Positions 15,813 to 26,067 of a stretch of 64,000 nt of DNA are shown in pieces (within the stretch, counting starts at the first letter, position 1; each line of letters starts with the position of its first letter). Position numbers and translations under genes: made by a program. The notes below the pieces were generated by a model. That model worked only from the letters and a program-made list of their open reading frames with translations, was not told where the DNA came from and did no database searches. Source of the DNA: Oscillospiraceae bacterium (GTDB lineage: Bacteria > Bacillota > Clostridia > Oscillospirales > CAG-272); the NCBI GenBank assembly GCA_015064125.1, contig SVSV01000001.1, positions 3,357 through 67,356 on the forward strand. Direction: 5' to 3'.

Positions 15813-17096
15813 ATGAACACGATCACAGCCATTGAAAGGATCAAAAAGGGCGCGCTTGATGCACGCCTGCTGACGCTGTACGGCGATGATGCACTCCAAG
15901 CACAAAGAACGCGTTATATCAAGTCCATTGAAGAATTTGCCGCCCTTTACGGCACCGAACGCGATATTTATCTCTTATCCGTAGCAGGACGAAGCGAGCT
16001 TTCCGGCAATCACACCGACCACAATCGCGGTATGGTCATTGCCGCCTCGATCGACCTTGATATCGTAGCCGTTGCCGCCAAGACCAACGATAGCATTGTC
16101 CGCGTGAAATCCGAGGGATACCCCGAGGACGTGGTGGATATTGCCGATTTCTGCACACCGCGCGAGGCGCGCTTTTCCAGATCCGACGCCATCATTGCAG
16201 GTATGTGTGCAGGGCTTGCCAAAAACGGCTATCGCACAGGCGGCTTCGTTGCCTACACCACCTCCAGCGTACTCAAGGGCTCGGGACTTTCCTCCTCCGC
16301 CGCGTTTGAGGATATGATCGGCAACATTCAGAACCACCTTTACAATGCCGGCAAGATCGACAACGCGGAAATTGCGAAGATCGCCCAGTTTGCCGAAAAC
16401 GAATTTTTCGGAAAGCCCTGCGGCTTAATGGACCAGCTGGCCTGTGCCGTCGGCGGCATCATTGCCATTGATTTTCAGAATAACACCAACCCGGTGATCG
16501 AAAAGATCGATTTTGACATTACGGCCGCAGGCTACAACCTCTGCATCGTGAATACGGGTGGCAACCACGCCGATCTTACCCCCGATTACGCCGCCGTTCC
16601 CGCCGAGATGAAAGCCGTCGCAAATGCACTCGGTGCCACGGTCCTGCGCGAGCTTGATGAGAAGACCGTGCTGGCCGCAGCTCCGCGTCTGCGCAAAACG
16701 CTTGGTGACCGCGCCATCCTGCGCGCACTGCACTTCTTTGCCGAGAACCGCCGTGTGGCAGCAGGTAAAAGGGCACTTGCCGCAGGAGATCTGCCTGCAT
16801 TCTTTGAAAACGTGCTGGCCTCGGGTCGCTCGTCCTTCTGCTATCTGCAAAACGTATATACCACCAAAAACGCGGCCGAGCAGGGGCTTTCTCTTGCGTT
16901 GTGCCTCGCTGAGCGTGCGCTATCGGGCAAAAGCGGTGCCTGGCGCGTACACGGCGGTGGATTTGCAGGCACAGTGCAGGCCTTTGTCAAGGCCGAGGAC
17001 GTCGCAGATTTCCGCGCGATGATGGATAACGTATTTGGCGATGGCGCTTGTATGGTGCTGCGCGTACGCCGCGAGGGCGCCACACTGGTATGCTGA
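15813..17096 (+). CDS. galactokinase-family GHMP sugar kinase
   Basis: GRSELSGNHTDHNRG (galactokinase signature variant) and the GHMP motif GSGLSSSAAF. The substrate cannot be determined from sequence. Confidence 0.75.
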   Translation: MNTITAIERIKKGALDARLLTLYGDDALQAQRTRYIKSIEEFAALYGTERDIYLLSVAGRSELSGNHTDHNRGMVIAASIDLDIVAVAAKTNDSIVRVKSEGYPEDVVDIADFCTPREARFSRSDAIIAGMCAGLAKNGYRTGGFVAYTTSSVLKGSGLSSSAAFEDMIGNIQNHLYNAGKIDNAEIAKIAQFAENEFFGKPCGLMDQLACAVGGIIAIDFQNNTNPVIEKIDFDITAAGYNLCIVNTGGNHADLTPDYAAVPAEMKAVANALGATVLRELDEKTVLAAAPRLRKTLGDRAILRALHFFAENRRVAAGKRALAAGDLPAFFENVLASGRSSFCYLQNVYTTKNAAEQGLSLALCLAERALSGKSGAWRVHGGGFAGTVQAFVKAEDVADFRAMMDNVFGDGACMVLRVRREGATLVC

Positions 17097-17497
17097 ACCG
17101 CACACCGCAAGGAAATGGGAGCCGCACGCTATATGGCATTTTATTATGTGGCAACACGGTATTGCTTTTTATCATCTATCGCGTGCTGATCGCCTATGGC
17201 GAAATGACACAAAAGACCATTTTCTCCTTTGTCACAATGGTGATATATCTGGTGCTTTTACTTGGGTTTTCCCTTGCCTATATCATCTATAACCGTTTTT
17301 TCTGGCGCTGGGGCATCACGCACGAGCAGCTGCCCGACGATTGGAGCGCCGTACAAAAGCAGGCGTTTCTTGATACCACTGCTCAGCGAAAGGAAAAATC
17401 AAAATGGATGCTCGTCATTATTTTCCCGTTACTGATCACCTTTTTGTTTGACGCCGTAGAGCTCTTTTTATTCGACGGCATCTTCAGGTATTTATAA
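17090..17497 (+). CDS. small membrane protein (3-4 TM), unknown function
   Basis: Hydrophobic segments. ATG 17090 overlaps the kinase stop codon (ATGCTGA), and the stop overlaps the next start (TAATG). The start choice is uncertain. Confidence 0.5.
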   Translation: MLNRTPQGNGSRTLYGILLCGNTVLLFIIYRVLIAYGEMTQKTIFSFVTMVIYLVLLLGFSLAYIIYNRFFWRWGITHEQLPDDWSAVQKQAFLDTTAQRKEKSKWMLVIIFPLLITFLFDAVELFLFDGIFRYL

Positions 17498-18279
17498 TGA
17501 AAGATTACACCCTGCAGATCTTATATTCGGGCTCTGACGGCAATGCCGCTCTGCTAAGGGCGGGCGATACTGCGATCCTCATTGACGCAGGGCGAAACGC
17601 CAAAGCCCTCACCGCCGCCTTGCGCGCGGCATCGGTAGACCCCACATCGCTCTCGGCCATCTTTCTCACGCACGAGCATCGCGACCACACCGCAGCTCTC
17701 GACGTCTTTTTAAAGCATTATCCCCTACCCGTGCACACGGTTTTTGCCTGTGGCGCACAGTTGCGTGCCTGTGCTTCGGCCGCCCTGCTTGAAAATTTAG
17801 TAGAGCATCCACCCTGCTTTGAGGTAAACGTTGGCAGCATTACACTGACCTCCTTCCCTACCTCGCACGACAGTGCAGGAAGCGTCGGCTACCGCATTAC
17901 AGTCACATCAGACAAAAAAACGCATACCGTTGGCTATGTAACCGATCTTGGCACCGTCACGCCCACCGTGGAAAAAGGCCTTTTGGGCTGCGAGGCCGTG
18001 GTCATAGAAGCCAATCACGATACCGAAATGCTGCGACAAGGCCCCTATCCCTATCCCCTCAAGCAGCGCATAGCATCGCGCTTCGGCCATCTTTCCAACA
18101 CCGATTGCGCCGCATTGTGTGTCAAGCTTGCCACACACGGGACCAACCGCTTTTTATTGGCACACTTATCCGAAACCAACAATCTGCCCGACCTGGCACT
18201 GAGTGAGGTAGGCGCCGCATTAGCAGGCTTTTCCGTTACGCTGAACGCAGCCGACCCGATCGCCATCACCGAGCTATGA
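17497..18279 (+). CDS. MBL-fold metallo-hydrolase (YycJ/WalJ-like)
   Basis: THEHRDHT metal motif, and position next to rlmH as in Bacillus. Confidence 0.8.
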   Translation: MKDYTLQILYSGSDGNAALLRAGDTAILIDAGRNAKALTAALRAASVDPTSLSAIFLTHEHRDHTAALDVFLKHYPLPVHTVFACGAQLRACASAALLENLVEHPPCFEVNVGSITLTSFPTSHDSAGSVGYRITVTSDKKTHTVGYVTDLGTVTPTVEKGLLGCEAVVIEANHDTEMLRQGPYPYPLKQRIASRFGHLSNTDCAALCVKLATHGTNRFLLAHLSETNNLPDLALSEVGAALAGFSVTLNAADPIAITEL

Positions 18280-18289
18280 AAGGATACCC

Positions 18290-18769
18290 ATGCTACATAT
18301 TCGCTTGATCGTTTTAGGCAATTTAAAGGAGAGCTATTGGCGCGAGGCCGTGGCTGAATACGAAAAGCGCCTTGGCGCCTTTGCTAAGATCGATATTGTA
18401 GAATTAAAGGAGCAGCGTCTGCCCGAAGACCCCTCCCCCGCAGAGATCACCCTGGCGCTTGAGCGCGAGGCTGATGCGATCCTGAATGCTGTGCCGCCGC
18501 GCAGCTTTTTGGTCGCCTTGTGCGTGGAGGGTAAGCAGCTCTCCTCCCCTGAGCTTGCCGATCAGCTTTCTCACGTCATGCACCAAAGCGGCGCGCTCAC
18601 ACTCGTCATTGGTAGCTCACACGGCCTTTCTCCGCGTGTAAAATCAGCGGCCGATCTCAGACTTTCCGTATCAAAATTGACCTTTCCCCACCAGATGATG
18701 CGCGTGCTGCTGCTCGAAACCATTTACCGCAGCCTTTCGATCCTGCACGGCACCAAATATCACAAATAA
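18290..18769 (+). CDS. rlmH: 23S rRNA (pseudouridine1915-N3)-methyltransferase RlmH
   Basis: SPOUT family, 159 aa. Contains LVIGSSHGLS and KLTFPHQMMRVLLLETIYRS. Confidence 0.9.
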   Translation: MLHIRLIVLGNLKESYWREAVAEYEKRLGAFAKIDIVELKEQRLPEDPSPAEITLALEREADAILNAVPPRSFLVALCVEGKQLSSPELADQLSHVMHQSGALTLVIGSSHGLSPRVKSAADLRLSVSKLTFPHQMMRVLLLETIYRSLSILHGTKYHK

Positions 18770-18854
18770 CACTTCACGCTCAGCCCATTGTGGACGCCGT
18801 GCCGCGCGATCCTTAAAATAAACCCTTCATATCGTATGCTTTCATATCAAAAAG

Positions 18855-18886
18855 CAAAAAGCCGCGCACAGCGCGGCTTTTTTATT
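18855..18886. terminator. bidirectional terminator between rlmH and argF
   Basis: AAAAAGCCGCGC-aca-GCGCGGCTTTTTT. Confidence 0.85.
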
Positions 18887-18917
18887 TGCCATACTTTATA
18901 AGAGATCTGCTATAGGA

Positions 18918-19904
18918 TCAGCGCATCGTATACGCCATAACAGCCTTGATCGTGTGCATGCGGTTTTCAGCCTCGTCAAAGACGATAGAGCGCTCACTTT
19001 CGAATACCCCGTCAGTGACCTCCATATGGTCAATGCCAAACTTCTCATAGATCTGGCGCCCAACCGTGGTACCGAGATCATGGAAGGCAGGCAGGCAATG
19101 CATAAAGCGGCATTGTGGGCCGGCAGCGTCCATCAGCGCCTCAGTCACAGCATAGGGAGAAAGCGCGGCAATGCGCTCGGCCCATACGCTATCGGGCTCA
19201 CCCATCGACACCCACACGTCGGTGTAGATCACGTCTGCGCCCTTCACGGCCTCAGCAGGATCTTCGATAAACTGAAGCGTAGCACCCGTTTCGGCGGCGA
19301 TCTCACGGCAGGTGGCGATCAGCGCGTCATCGGGGAAATAAGCCTTTGGCGCACAGGCGACAAAGTGCATACCCATCTTGGCGCACCCTACCATCAGCGA
19401 GTTGCCCATATTGTAGCGCGCATCGCCCATATACACCAGCTTTTTGCCCTTGAGTGCACCAAAATGCTCCCGAACGGTGAGGAAATCAGCCAGGATCTGC
19501 GTAGGATGATATTCATTTGTAAGGCCGTTCCACACAGGCACGCCCGCATATTTTGCAAGCGCCTCCACGATCTCCTGCTCAAAGCCACGGTACTCAATGC
19601 CGTCAAACATACGGCCGAGCACGCGCGCCGTGTCGGGGATGCTCTCCTTTTTGCCGATCTGTGAGCCGGTGGGATCAAGATAGACAGCATGCATACCGAG
19701 GTCGGTCGCTGCTACCTCAAAGGCACACCGCGTACGCGTGCTGGTCTTTTCAAAGATCAGCGCAATGCTCTTGCCCTCGCAAAGGCGGTGCGGCACACCG
19801 GCCTTCTTTTTGGCCTTCAGATCAGCGGCAAGATCAAGCAGCTCATTGATCTGTGCGGGTGTATAATCCAGCAGCTTTAAAAAATGCTTTGGTGTAACAG
19901 ACAT
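18918..19904 (-). CDS. argF: ornithine carbamoyltransferase
   Basis: [17 protein letters not shown] and HCLPAFH motifs. Confidence 0.95.
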   Translation of the reverse strand: MSVTPKHFLKLLDYTPAQINELLDLAADLKAKKKAGVPHRLCEGKSIALIFEKTSTRTRCAFEVAATDLGMHAVYLDPTGSQIGKKESIPDTARVLGRMFDGIEYRGFEQEIVEALAKYAGVPVWNGLTNEYHPTQILADFLTVREHFGALKGKKLVYMGDARYNMGNSLMVGCAKMGMHFVACAPKAYFPDDALIATCREIAAETGATLQFIEDPAEAVKGADVIYTDVWVSMGEPDSVWAERIAALSPYAVTEALMDAAGPQCRFMHCLPAFHDLGTTVGRQIYEKFGIDHMEVTDGVFESERSIVFDEAENRMHTIKAVMAYTMR

Positions 19905-19916
19905 AACGAAAACTCC

Positions 19917-21095
19917 TTACTCCGTCACGCCCTCGGCGATAACGGATTTAATAATAGCAACAGCCCTTTCAAGCTCGGCCCACGGAATATTGAGTGCGGG
20001 CAGCAAACGCACCTTATGCTTGGCCGTAAGGCAAAGCACGCCCTGCGCCATACAAGCGCTCACCACATCAGCGGCGGGCTTTTCGGTTTCAATACCCAGC
20101 ATCAGGCCCATGCCACTCACCGATCTCACGCCTTTGGCACCCGTGAGATTTTTTACGATATAAGCGCTCTTTTCTCTGACCTGATCAAGCAGTGCCTCGT
20201 CAAGCTGCGAGAGCACGTAAACGGCACCCGCGGCACATACGGGATTGCCACCGAAGGTAGAGCCGTGATCACCGTAAGAAAGCACACCTTCCACCTTTTC
20301 GGAAAGCAAGCACGCACCAAGCGGCAAGCCGCCGCCAAGGCCCTTGGCAGTGGTAACGATGTCAGGCGCCACACCGTAGTGCATATAGCCATAAAGCTTA
20401 CCCGTGCGCCCGTTGCCCGTCTGCACCTCGTCAAAGATCAGCAAAATATCCTTTTCCTTGGCATAAGCTGCCACACGGGTCACAAAATCAGCCTCAAGCG
20501 CGTGCACACCGCCCTCACCCTGTACGGGCTCCATCATAATGGCCGCCACCTTGTTTGCCTCAGAAAGAGCGATCAGCGCCTCGGCATCGTTTGCGGGGGC
20601 GTGAAGAAATCCGGGTGTCAGAGGCAAAAACTGCTCGTGATAGTGGGCCTGCCCCGTTGCCGCCAGCGTGGTCACAGTGCGACCGTGAAAGCTGTTTTCA
20701 AGCGTAATGATATGATAATACTCCGCGCCCTTCTTCTCGGCCGCATATTTGCGCGCCACCTTGATGGCACATTCGTTTGCCTCAGCACCCGAGTTTCCGA
20801 AAAAGACCTTGGAAAGGCCGGTGCGACGGCAAAGCTCGGCCGCCAGTGTGGCACAGGGCTCAGTGTAGTAAAGATTAGAGGTGTGCTGCAAGGTGCCAAG
20901 CTGTGCACTGACAGCAGCAACCCACCCATCGTTGGCAAAGCCAAGAGAATTAACGGCAATGCCCGAGCCCATATCAATATATTCCTTACCCGTCACATCA
21001 TAGCAAAGCGACCCCTTGCCCGAAACCAGCTCCACGGGAAAGCGCTTATAGGTATGCGCAACAAATTGCTCGTCCTGTTGTTTAAAGCTTTTCAT
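19917..21095 (-). CDS. argD: acetylornithine aminotransferase
   Basis: Class-III PLP aminotransferase: FGNSGAEANE, DEVQTGNGRTGK, TTAKGLGGG. Confidence 0.9.
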   Translation of the reverse strand: MKSFKQQDEQFVAHTYKRFPVELVSGKGSLCYDVTGKEYIDMGSGIAVNSLGFANDGWVAAVSAQLGTLQHTSNLYYTEPCATLAAELCRRTGLSKVFFGNSGAEANECAIKVARKYAAEKKGAEYYHIITLENSFHGRTVTTLAATGQAHYHEQFLPLTPGFLHAPANDAEALIALSEANKVAAIMMEPVQGEGGVHALEADFVTRVAAYAKEKDILLIFDEVQTGNGRTGKLYGYMHYGVAPDIVTTAKGLGGGLPLGACLLSEKVEGVLSYGDHGSTFGGNPVCAAGAVYVLSQLDEALLDQVREKSAYIVKNLTGAKGVRSVSGMGLMLGIETEKPAADVVSACMAQGVLCLTAKHKVRLLPALNIPWAELERAVAIIKSVIAEGVTE

Positions 21096-21098
21096 ATG

Positions 21099-21962
21099 TC
21101 AATCCTTTGTCACCATGGTACCTGCACCCTCATCGGTAAGCAGCTCCATCAAAATAGAATGCGGCACACAGCCGTCCATAATAATCACACGCTCCACGCC
21201 GCGCTCGATCGCCTCAATGCAGCAATCGACCTTCGGGATCATACCACCCGAAATAATGCCGCTTTCGTAAAGCCCCTTGGCCTCAGACACGGTAAGACGC
21301 GGGATCAGCGTGGTGGGGTCGTTCTTATCGGTCAGTACCCCTGCGATATCGGTCATCATAATAAGGCGCTCCGCCCGAAGCGCACCTGCAATGCAAGCGG
21401 CGGCGGTGTCGCCGTTGATATTGTAGGTGTTGCCCTTCTTGTCGCAGCCCACCGTAGAAATCACGGGAATATAGCCCTTTTCCAGCAGATCGATCACGGG
21501 CGCGATATTCACACGCTTGATATTGCCCACAAACCCGAGCTTTTCACTCTTGGGCATGGCCTCGATCAGGCGTCCGTCCATACCCGAAATGCCCATGGCA
21601 TTGCCGCCCTTCATCTCAAGCAGATTGACAAGCGTTTTATTGACCTTGCCTGCCAGCACCATCTGCACCAGATCTACCGTTTCCTTATCGGTCACGCGCA
21701 GTCCATCGACAAATTTGGGCTCCATGCCAAGGCGCTTCATCAGGTCGTTGATCTCAGGGCCGCCACCGTGCACCAGCACGATCTTCACGCCGATCAGGTG
21801 CAAAAGGACGATGTCCTCCATGACCTGCTGCTTTAATTCCTCGTTGATCATAGCGTTGCCGCCGTATTTAACGACGATCACCTTGCCGTTATAGCGCTTG
21901 ATATAGGGGAGCGCCTGCGCAAGCACCTGTGCGCGATCGGCATTAGAAAAATTATCTTTCAT
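21099..21962 (-). CDS. argB: acetylglutamate kinase
   Basis: VVKYGGNAM and LVHGGGPEI. Start is ATG 21962 with GAGGTG upstream (the track's 21971 is a GTG). Confidence 0.95.
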   Translation of the reverse strand: MKDNFSNADRAQVLAQALPYIKRYNGKVIVVKYGGNAMINEELKQQVMEDIVLLHLIGVKIVLVHGGGPEINDLMKRLGMEPKFVDGLRVTDKETVDLVQMVLAGKVNKTLVNLLEMKGGNAMGISGMDGRLIEAMPKSEKLGFVGNIKRVNIAPVIDLLEKGYIPVISTVGCDKKGNTYNINGDTAAACIAGALRAERLIMMTDIAGVLTDKNDPTTLIPRLTVSEAKGLYESGIISGGMIPKVDCCIEAIERGVERVIIMDGCVPHSILMELLTDEGAGTMVTKD

Positions 21963-21978
21963 GCTATTCACCTCAAAA

Positions 21979-23199
21979 TCAGGTACGGTAATCTCCGTTG
22001 ATCTTCACGTAATCGTACGTAAGGTCACAGCCCCACGCAGTCGCCTCGCCCTCGCCGTCACCGAGCGACACGAGGATCTCGATCTCCTTTTCCAGCAGGA
22101 TCTCCTTTGCCGCTTCCTCGGAAAACGCAACGCCCGCACCGTTCTTGCATACCTCAACGGTGCCCTTTGCGGAGCGGAAGGCCACGTCAATACGGTTGAC
22201 GTCGACAGGCGCACCACTGTAGCCGATGGCGCAAAGCACGCGTCCCCAGTTGGCATCGGCACCAAACATGGCAGATTTTAACAGGCTGGAGCAAATGACG
22301 CTCTTGGCAACCGTGCCTGCGCACTTGGGACAAGCAGCACCCGTTACCTTACATTCCAGCAGCTTGGTGGCACCCTCGCCATCGCCTGCCAGCATACGGC
22401 AAAGCTGCACGGTTACGGTGTTCAGCGCCTTCATAAAGGCTTCAAAGTCAGCACCCTCAGAAACGATCTCCACATTACCCGCAAGGCCGTTTGCCAAAAC
22501 AGCTACGGTATCGTTGGTAGAGGTATCGCCATCAATGCTCACCATATTAAAGCTCTTTTGCACGTCTGTGGAAAGCGCCCTTTGCAGCATGGCGGACGAG
22601 ATCTTAACGTCGGTGGTGATAAACACCAGCATCGTGGCCATATTGGGGTGGATCATACCGCTGCCCTTGGCAATACCGCCAAGATGGCAGGTCTTGCCGC
22701 CCACCTCAAATTCAACGGCCACCTCCTTGGCTACCGTATCGGTGGTGATGATCGCCTCAGCGGCGGCACGCGCGCCAAGGTGATCGTATGTAAGGCCTGC
22801 CACCAGCTGGGGCATAGCCTTTTTGATGGGCGTAATATCAAGGGGCTGGCCGATGACACCCGTCGATGCCACCACCACGTCGTCAACCCTCACGCCGGCG
22901 ACCTCTGCCACCAATTCACTCATATGCTCGGCGATCTCCACGCCGTTGGCATTGCAGGTGTTGGCGTTGCCGCTGTTGCAGATCACGGCCTGCGCCACGC
23001 CGTTTGCAAGATGCTTTTTCGTGACCAGCAGGGGGGCACCCTTGACGAGGTTTGTGGTATAAACAGCTGCCGCCGTTGCGGGCACGTCACTGACGATCAG
23101 TGCCAGATCCTTTTTGATTTTATTTTTGCGGATACCGCAATGCAAACCGTTTGCGCGAAAGCCCTTTGCTGCGCAAACGCCACCTTCTACAAGCTTCAT
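21979..23199 (-). CDS. argJ: bifunctional ornithine acetyltransferase / N-acetylglutamate synthase
   Basis: ArgJ family with the autoprocessing site region PNMATMLVFITTD. Confidence 0.95.
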   Translation of the reverse strand: MKLVEGGVCAAKGFRANGLHCGIRKNKIKKDLALIVSDVPATAAAVYTTNLVKGAPLLVTKKHLANGVAQAVICNSGNANTCNANGVEIAEHMSELVAEVAGVRVDDVVVASTGVIGQPLDITPIKKAMPQLVAGLTYDHLGARAAAEAIITTDTVAKEVAVEFEVGGKTCHLGGIAKGSGMIHPNMATMLVFITTDVKISSAMLQRALSTDVQKSFNMVSIDGDTSTNDTVAVLANGLAGNVEIVSEGADFEAFMKALNTVTVQLCRMLAGDGEGATKLLECKVTGAACPKCAGTVAKSVICSSLLKSAMFGADANWGRVLCAIGYSGAPVDVNRIDVAFRSAKGTVEVCKNGAGVAFSEEAAKEILLEKEIEILVSLGDGEGEATAWGCDLTYDYVKINGDYRT

Positions 23200-23202
23200 T
23201 TT

Positions 23203-24132
23203 TTACTCTCCTGTTACAAGTCCTGTGGCCTCATCGGTGCCGAGCAGGATATTCATATTTTGTATAGCCGCGCCCGAGGCGCCCTTGCCAAGATTATCAA
23301 AGCGTGCCACCAGCAAAATGCGCTCGTCGTTACCAAGCACACCGATTTCCATATCGTCACGCCCTGCCATGCCGTTTCCGGCAAGCAGTCCCCCCTCACC
23401 CATAGTGGGCGAGTAGCGCACCAGTCCCTTTTGGTAGGTTTCACGATACACCGCCGCGATCTCGGCGGCGCCCCCTCTTACCGCGTCGGCAAACAGCGGG
23501 ACGGTTACCTCCATACCTGCGTAATAGTCAGCCACGATCGGGGAAAAGATGGGCGCCACGTCAAGGCCGCATACCGCCTGCATCTCGGGCAGGTGCTTGT
23601 GCTTTTGCGTGAGCGCATACTGACGGGGCGCCTCAAGCGCCGCGGCGCGGCCCTCGCCCTCATATTCAGCGATCATTTTTTTGCCGCCCCCCGAATAGCC
23701 CGTGAGGGAAAAGGCACAAAGATGTGCATCCCTCTTGAGAAGCCCTGCCCTGATAAGCGGTGCCACAAGCGCAATAAATCCACTGGCATGACAGCCGGGA
23801 TTTGCCACACGCTTGGCTGCGGCCAGCGCCGCACGGTCCTCGCAAAGCTCGGGAAAGCCGTAGATCCATCCGTCTGCCGTGCGATGCGCGGTAGAGGTGT
23901 CAATGACAGCGGTATTAGGATTTTCGATCATCGCCACCGCCTCGCGGGCGGCATCGTCAGGCAAGCATAAAAATGCCACGTCGGCACGATTCAAGGCCTC
24001 ACGGCGCGCGGCACTGTCCTTGCGCTTGTCCTCGGGCAAAATCAGCAGCTCTATGTCGCTTCTCGCGGCCAAGCGCTCGCGTATGCGCAAGCCCGTGGTA
24101 CCCGCACTGCCGTCAATAAATACTTTCTTCAC
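23203..24132 (-). CDS. argC: N-acetyl-gamma-glutamyl-phosphate reductase (short type)
   Basis: FIDGSAGTTGLRI and the active-site region NPGCHASG. Length is 309 aa. Confidence 0.9.
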   Translation of the reverse strand: MKKVFIDGSAGTTGLRIRERLAARSDIELLILPEDKRKDSAARREALNRADVAFLCLPDDAAREAVAMIENPNTAVIDTSTAHRTADGWIYGFPELCEDRAALAAAKRVANPGCHASGFIALVAPLIRAGLLKRDAHLCAFSLTGYSGGGKKMIAEYEGEGRAAALEAPRQYALTQKHKHLPEMQAVCGLDVAPIFSPIVADYYAGMEVTVPLFADAVRGGAAEIAAVYRETYQKGLVRYSPTMGEGGLLAGNGMAGRDDMEIGVLGNDERILLVARFDNLGKGASGAAIQNMNILLGTDEATGLVTGE

Positions 24133-24149
24133 GACGAATCCTTTCGGAA

Positions 24150-24188
24150 TTTGGAATTTTACTCATTGTTATTGAATATTTATTCACA
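24150..24188. promoter_or_regulatory. tandem ARG boxes (ArgR operator) in the argC leader
   Basis: ATTGAATATTTATTCACA (24171-24188) has 1 mismatch to TNTGAATWWWWATTCANW. TTTGGAATTTTACTCATT (24150-24167) has 3 mismatches. The two boxes are separated by 3 bp. Confidence 0.7.
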
Positions 24189-24207
24189 ACAACAAACATA
24201 TACAATT

Positions 24208-24236
24208 ATTATACTCGCTTTGTGCAGCTTTGTCAA
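24208..24236 (-). promoter_or_regulatory. consensus sigma-A promoter of argCJBDF
   Basis: On the minus strand: TTGACA (24236-24231), 17 nt, TATAAT (24213-24208). Confidence 0.8.
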
Positions 24237-24387
24237 GCACTATAATAAAATAAATATATAAATAAGTACTTTTCTTTTCAGTATTCTTTCTTCTTACATT
24301 TTTTCTGTATTTTTATTTACTGATTTTGTATGTTTTTTCAAAGCAAAGATAAGATCATTTGTATCGCAATAAAAATGTCAAATATAG

Positions 24388-24416
24388 TTGACATTTCGCT
24401 TCCTACGCGATATAAT
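24388..24416 (+). promoter_or_regulatory. consensus promoter of the XRE / membrane-protein pair
   Basis: TTGACA (24388-24393), 17 nt, TATAAT (24411-24416). Confidence 0.8.
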
Positions 24417-24446
24417 GGAGTTAAGCAAATATACAGGAGGACGCCT

Positions 24447-24641
24447 GTGGAAGAAAACAAGGAAATGCGAACCGCGCGCCAAAGATTAGGCTTGTCACAA
24501 GGTGAATTGGCGCGGCTGGTCGGTGTATCACGCCAAACGATCAACATGATAGAAAACGGTGGGTATAACCCCACCATTCTGCTGTGCCTGCGCATTTGTC
24601 ACACTCTGCAGGTAACATTAAACGATATTTTTTGGAGGTAA
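24447..24641 (+). CDS. small XRE-family HTH transcriptional regulator (~64 aa)
   Basis: GTG 24447 has AGGAGG 6 nt upstream. LGLSQGELARLVGVSRQTINMIENGGYNP is a Cro/C1-type HTH. Confidence 0.8.
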   Translation: MEENKEMRTARQRLGLSQGELARLVGVSRQTINMIENGGYNPTILLCLRICHTLQVTLNDIFWR

Positions 24642-24644
24642 GTT

Positions 24645-26003
24645 ATGTTTTTTGATGAACGAATCGAGCAAGAACGTGGGAAGATCACGCGTAACACCAT
24701 GCTGATTGGCACAATATGCGCCCTGCTTTGTGGCATACTGCGTGCACTGAATATTGCTGTAAATATGGACCATATTCATTCATATTCTAAGCTCTATTAC
24801 TTCTTACCCCTCGGTTTTGAAGCGGCTATTGCTATCACGGGAGCGCTAACGCTTCTCATTGGAATCATCCTTGCGCATGTTTCTCCACATGATGAATACG
24901 GCAAGGCTCAGTGCACTGCCTATTACAGCCGTGCAGGGCAATTAGTGCTTTACATAGCCTTGATAGCCTTCGCGCTTTTCGAGCCCTTATCCTTGTTGCT
25001 TACTACAAACATAAATTTTCAAGGCATCGGCACCGAGCACGTTGCCTTGCACCTGTTCTTGTTATTAAGCACCTACCTCGCTTTTTCCTTTAAACGACAC
25101 AGTATTTATTTTAATTATTCTATTTTAGAAGCACCGCAGTATAAAAAAGCTGTTTTAAGGAATCTCGGCAAATTAGGAGTCGGTGTCCTTGTTGGGTTAG
25201 GTCTGTCCTTGTTTGCTGCCGCTTGCGGCGGTTGGCTTTTGCGCTCCTCACGCACGATCGGGATTATGCAGATCTGCCTGATTTTATGGAGCGTGCTCTT
25301 CGTGCTTTTTTCCATTACGTACGCGCTGCTTTCCCTGTTAGAATATCTTTCTTTTTATAAAAAGCAATTGCTTTCAGGCGCCCCGCTGCTAACGCTCTAT
25401 TTTGTGCTTTTTTTGCGCGGCTCCTATACGGTGATCTCTGCGCTGATCGTGAAAAGCAATCAAACTATGGTAGCACAGCTGATGACACTGAATTATTTTG
25501 CCTTTTTGCCACTTTGCGCCGGTTTTTGGCTCGTGCTGTTTTTGCTCTATTATCACCATGAGTACTATACCGCCACCAAGGATCGCCTTTTCCACGTTGG
25601 CTTGATCCTCATGCTGCTGGCAGAAGCACTTGGTAGCTTTAGCGACTTTGTGCTCACACTGATACAAACCATACTTTTGCCAAAGCATCTTACCGATATT
25701 TCGCTTCATCTTTTATTTGCTGACCTCAATCTCTGGCTGTTACTACTTACACACCTTGTGTTTCTAATCGGCTTTGCACTCGTGATAGCGGGTCCTGTAC
25801 GGAAAGCACACGCCCCAAAAGGGTATTTGTGGGGTGCCGTTATGATGGTTGTGCTCACCTTGACCCTTGAGTTCTTGTTTAACACACAATATTACGGCAC
25901 ATGGCAATATCTTGTAAACAGCCTTACTTGGCTTTTACTGTATGCCTATTTATTCTGCTTCCTGCTCTTGCTTTCGCGGCGATTGACTGCAATGGAATAT
26001 TAA
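24645..26003 (+). CDS. polytopic (~12 TM) membrane protein of unknown function
   Basis: It starts 3 nt after the XRE gene's stop codon. I counted 12 hydrophobic helices by eye. The N-terminal FFDERIEQERGK... recalls the membrane partners of small XRE regulators (DUF2178-like), but this protein is much longer. Confidence 0.7.
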   Translation: MFFDERIEQERGKITRNTMLIGTICALLCGILRALNIAVNMDHIHSYSKLYYFLPLGFEAAIAITGALTLLIGIILAHVSPHDEYGKAQCTAYYSRAGQLVLYIALIAFALFEPLSLLLTTNINFQGIGTEHVALHLFLLLSTYLAFSFKRHSIYFNYSILEAPQYKKAVLRNLGKLGVGVLVGLGLSLFAAACGGWLLRSSRTIGIMQICLILWSVLFVLFSITYALLSLLEYLSFYKKQLLSGAPLLTLYFVLFLRGSYTVISALIVKSNQTMVAQLMTLNYFAFLPLCAGFWLVLFLLYYHHEYYTATKDRLFHVGLILMLLAEALGSFSDFVLTLIQTILLPKHLTDISLHLLFADLNLWLLLLTHLVFLIGFALVIAGPVRKAHAPKGYLWGAVMMVVLTLTLEFLFNTQYYGTWQYLVNSLTWLLLYAYLFCFLLLLSRRLTAMEY

Positions 26004-26015
26004 AAAAAAACAACA

Positions 26016-26047
26016 AAAAGCCCGAAGCGCATGCTTCGGGCTTTTTG
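26016..26047. terminator. bidirectional terminator between the membrane-protein gene and ridA
   Basis: AAAAGCCCGAAGC-gcat-GCTTCGGGCTTTTT. Confidence 0.85.
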
Positions 26048-26067
26048 TATCAATGGGAAATTTCTTA

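Noticed and set aside
19884-21836. A 650-aa plus-strand ORF, and similar long ORFs at 22558-23970, 30392-31675, 33353-34807, 35289-36383, 37017-38570, 50072-51058 and 60616-61986.
   Set aside because: Each lies antisense to a gene with unmistakable enzyme motifs (argD/argB, argJ/argC, leuC, ilvD, ilvC, ilvB, rny, ileS). Their translations are low-complexity Arg/His/Gly-rich strings with no RBS. They are typical shadow ORFs of GC-rich coding DNA.
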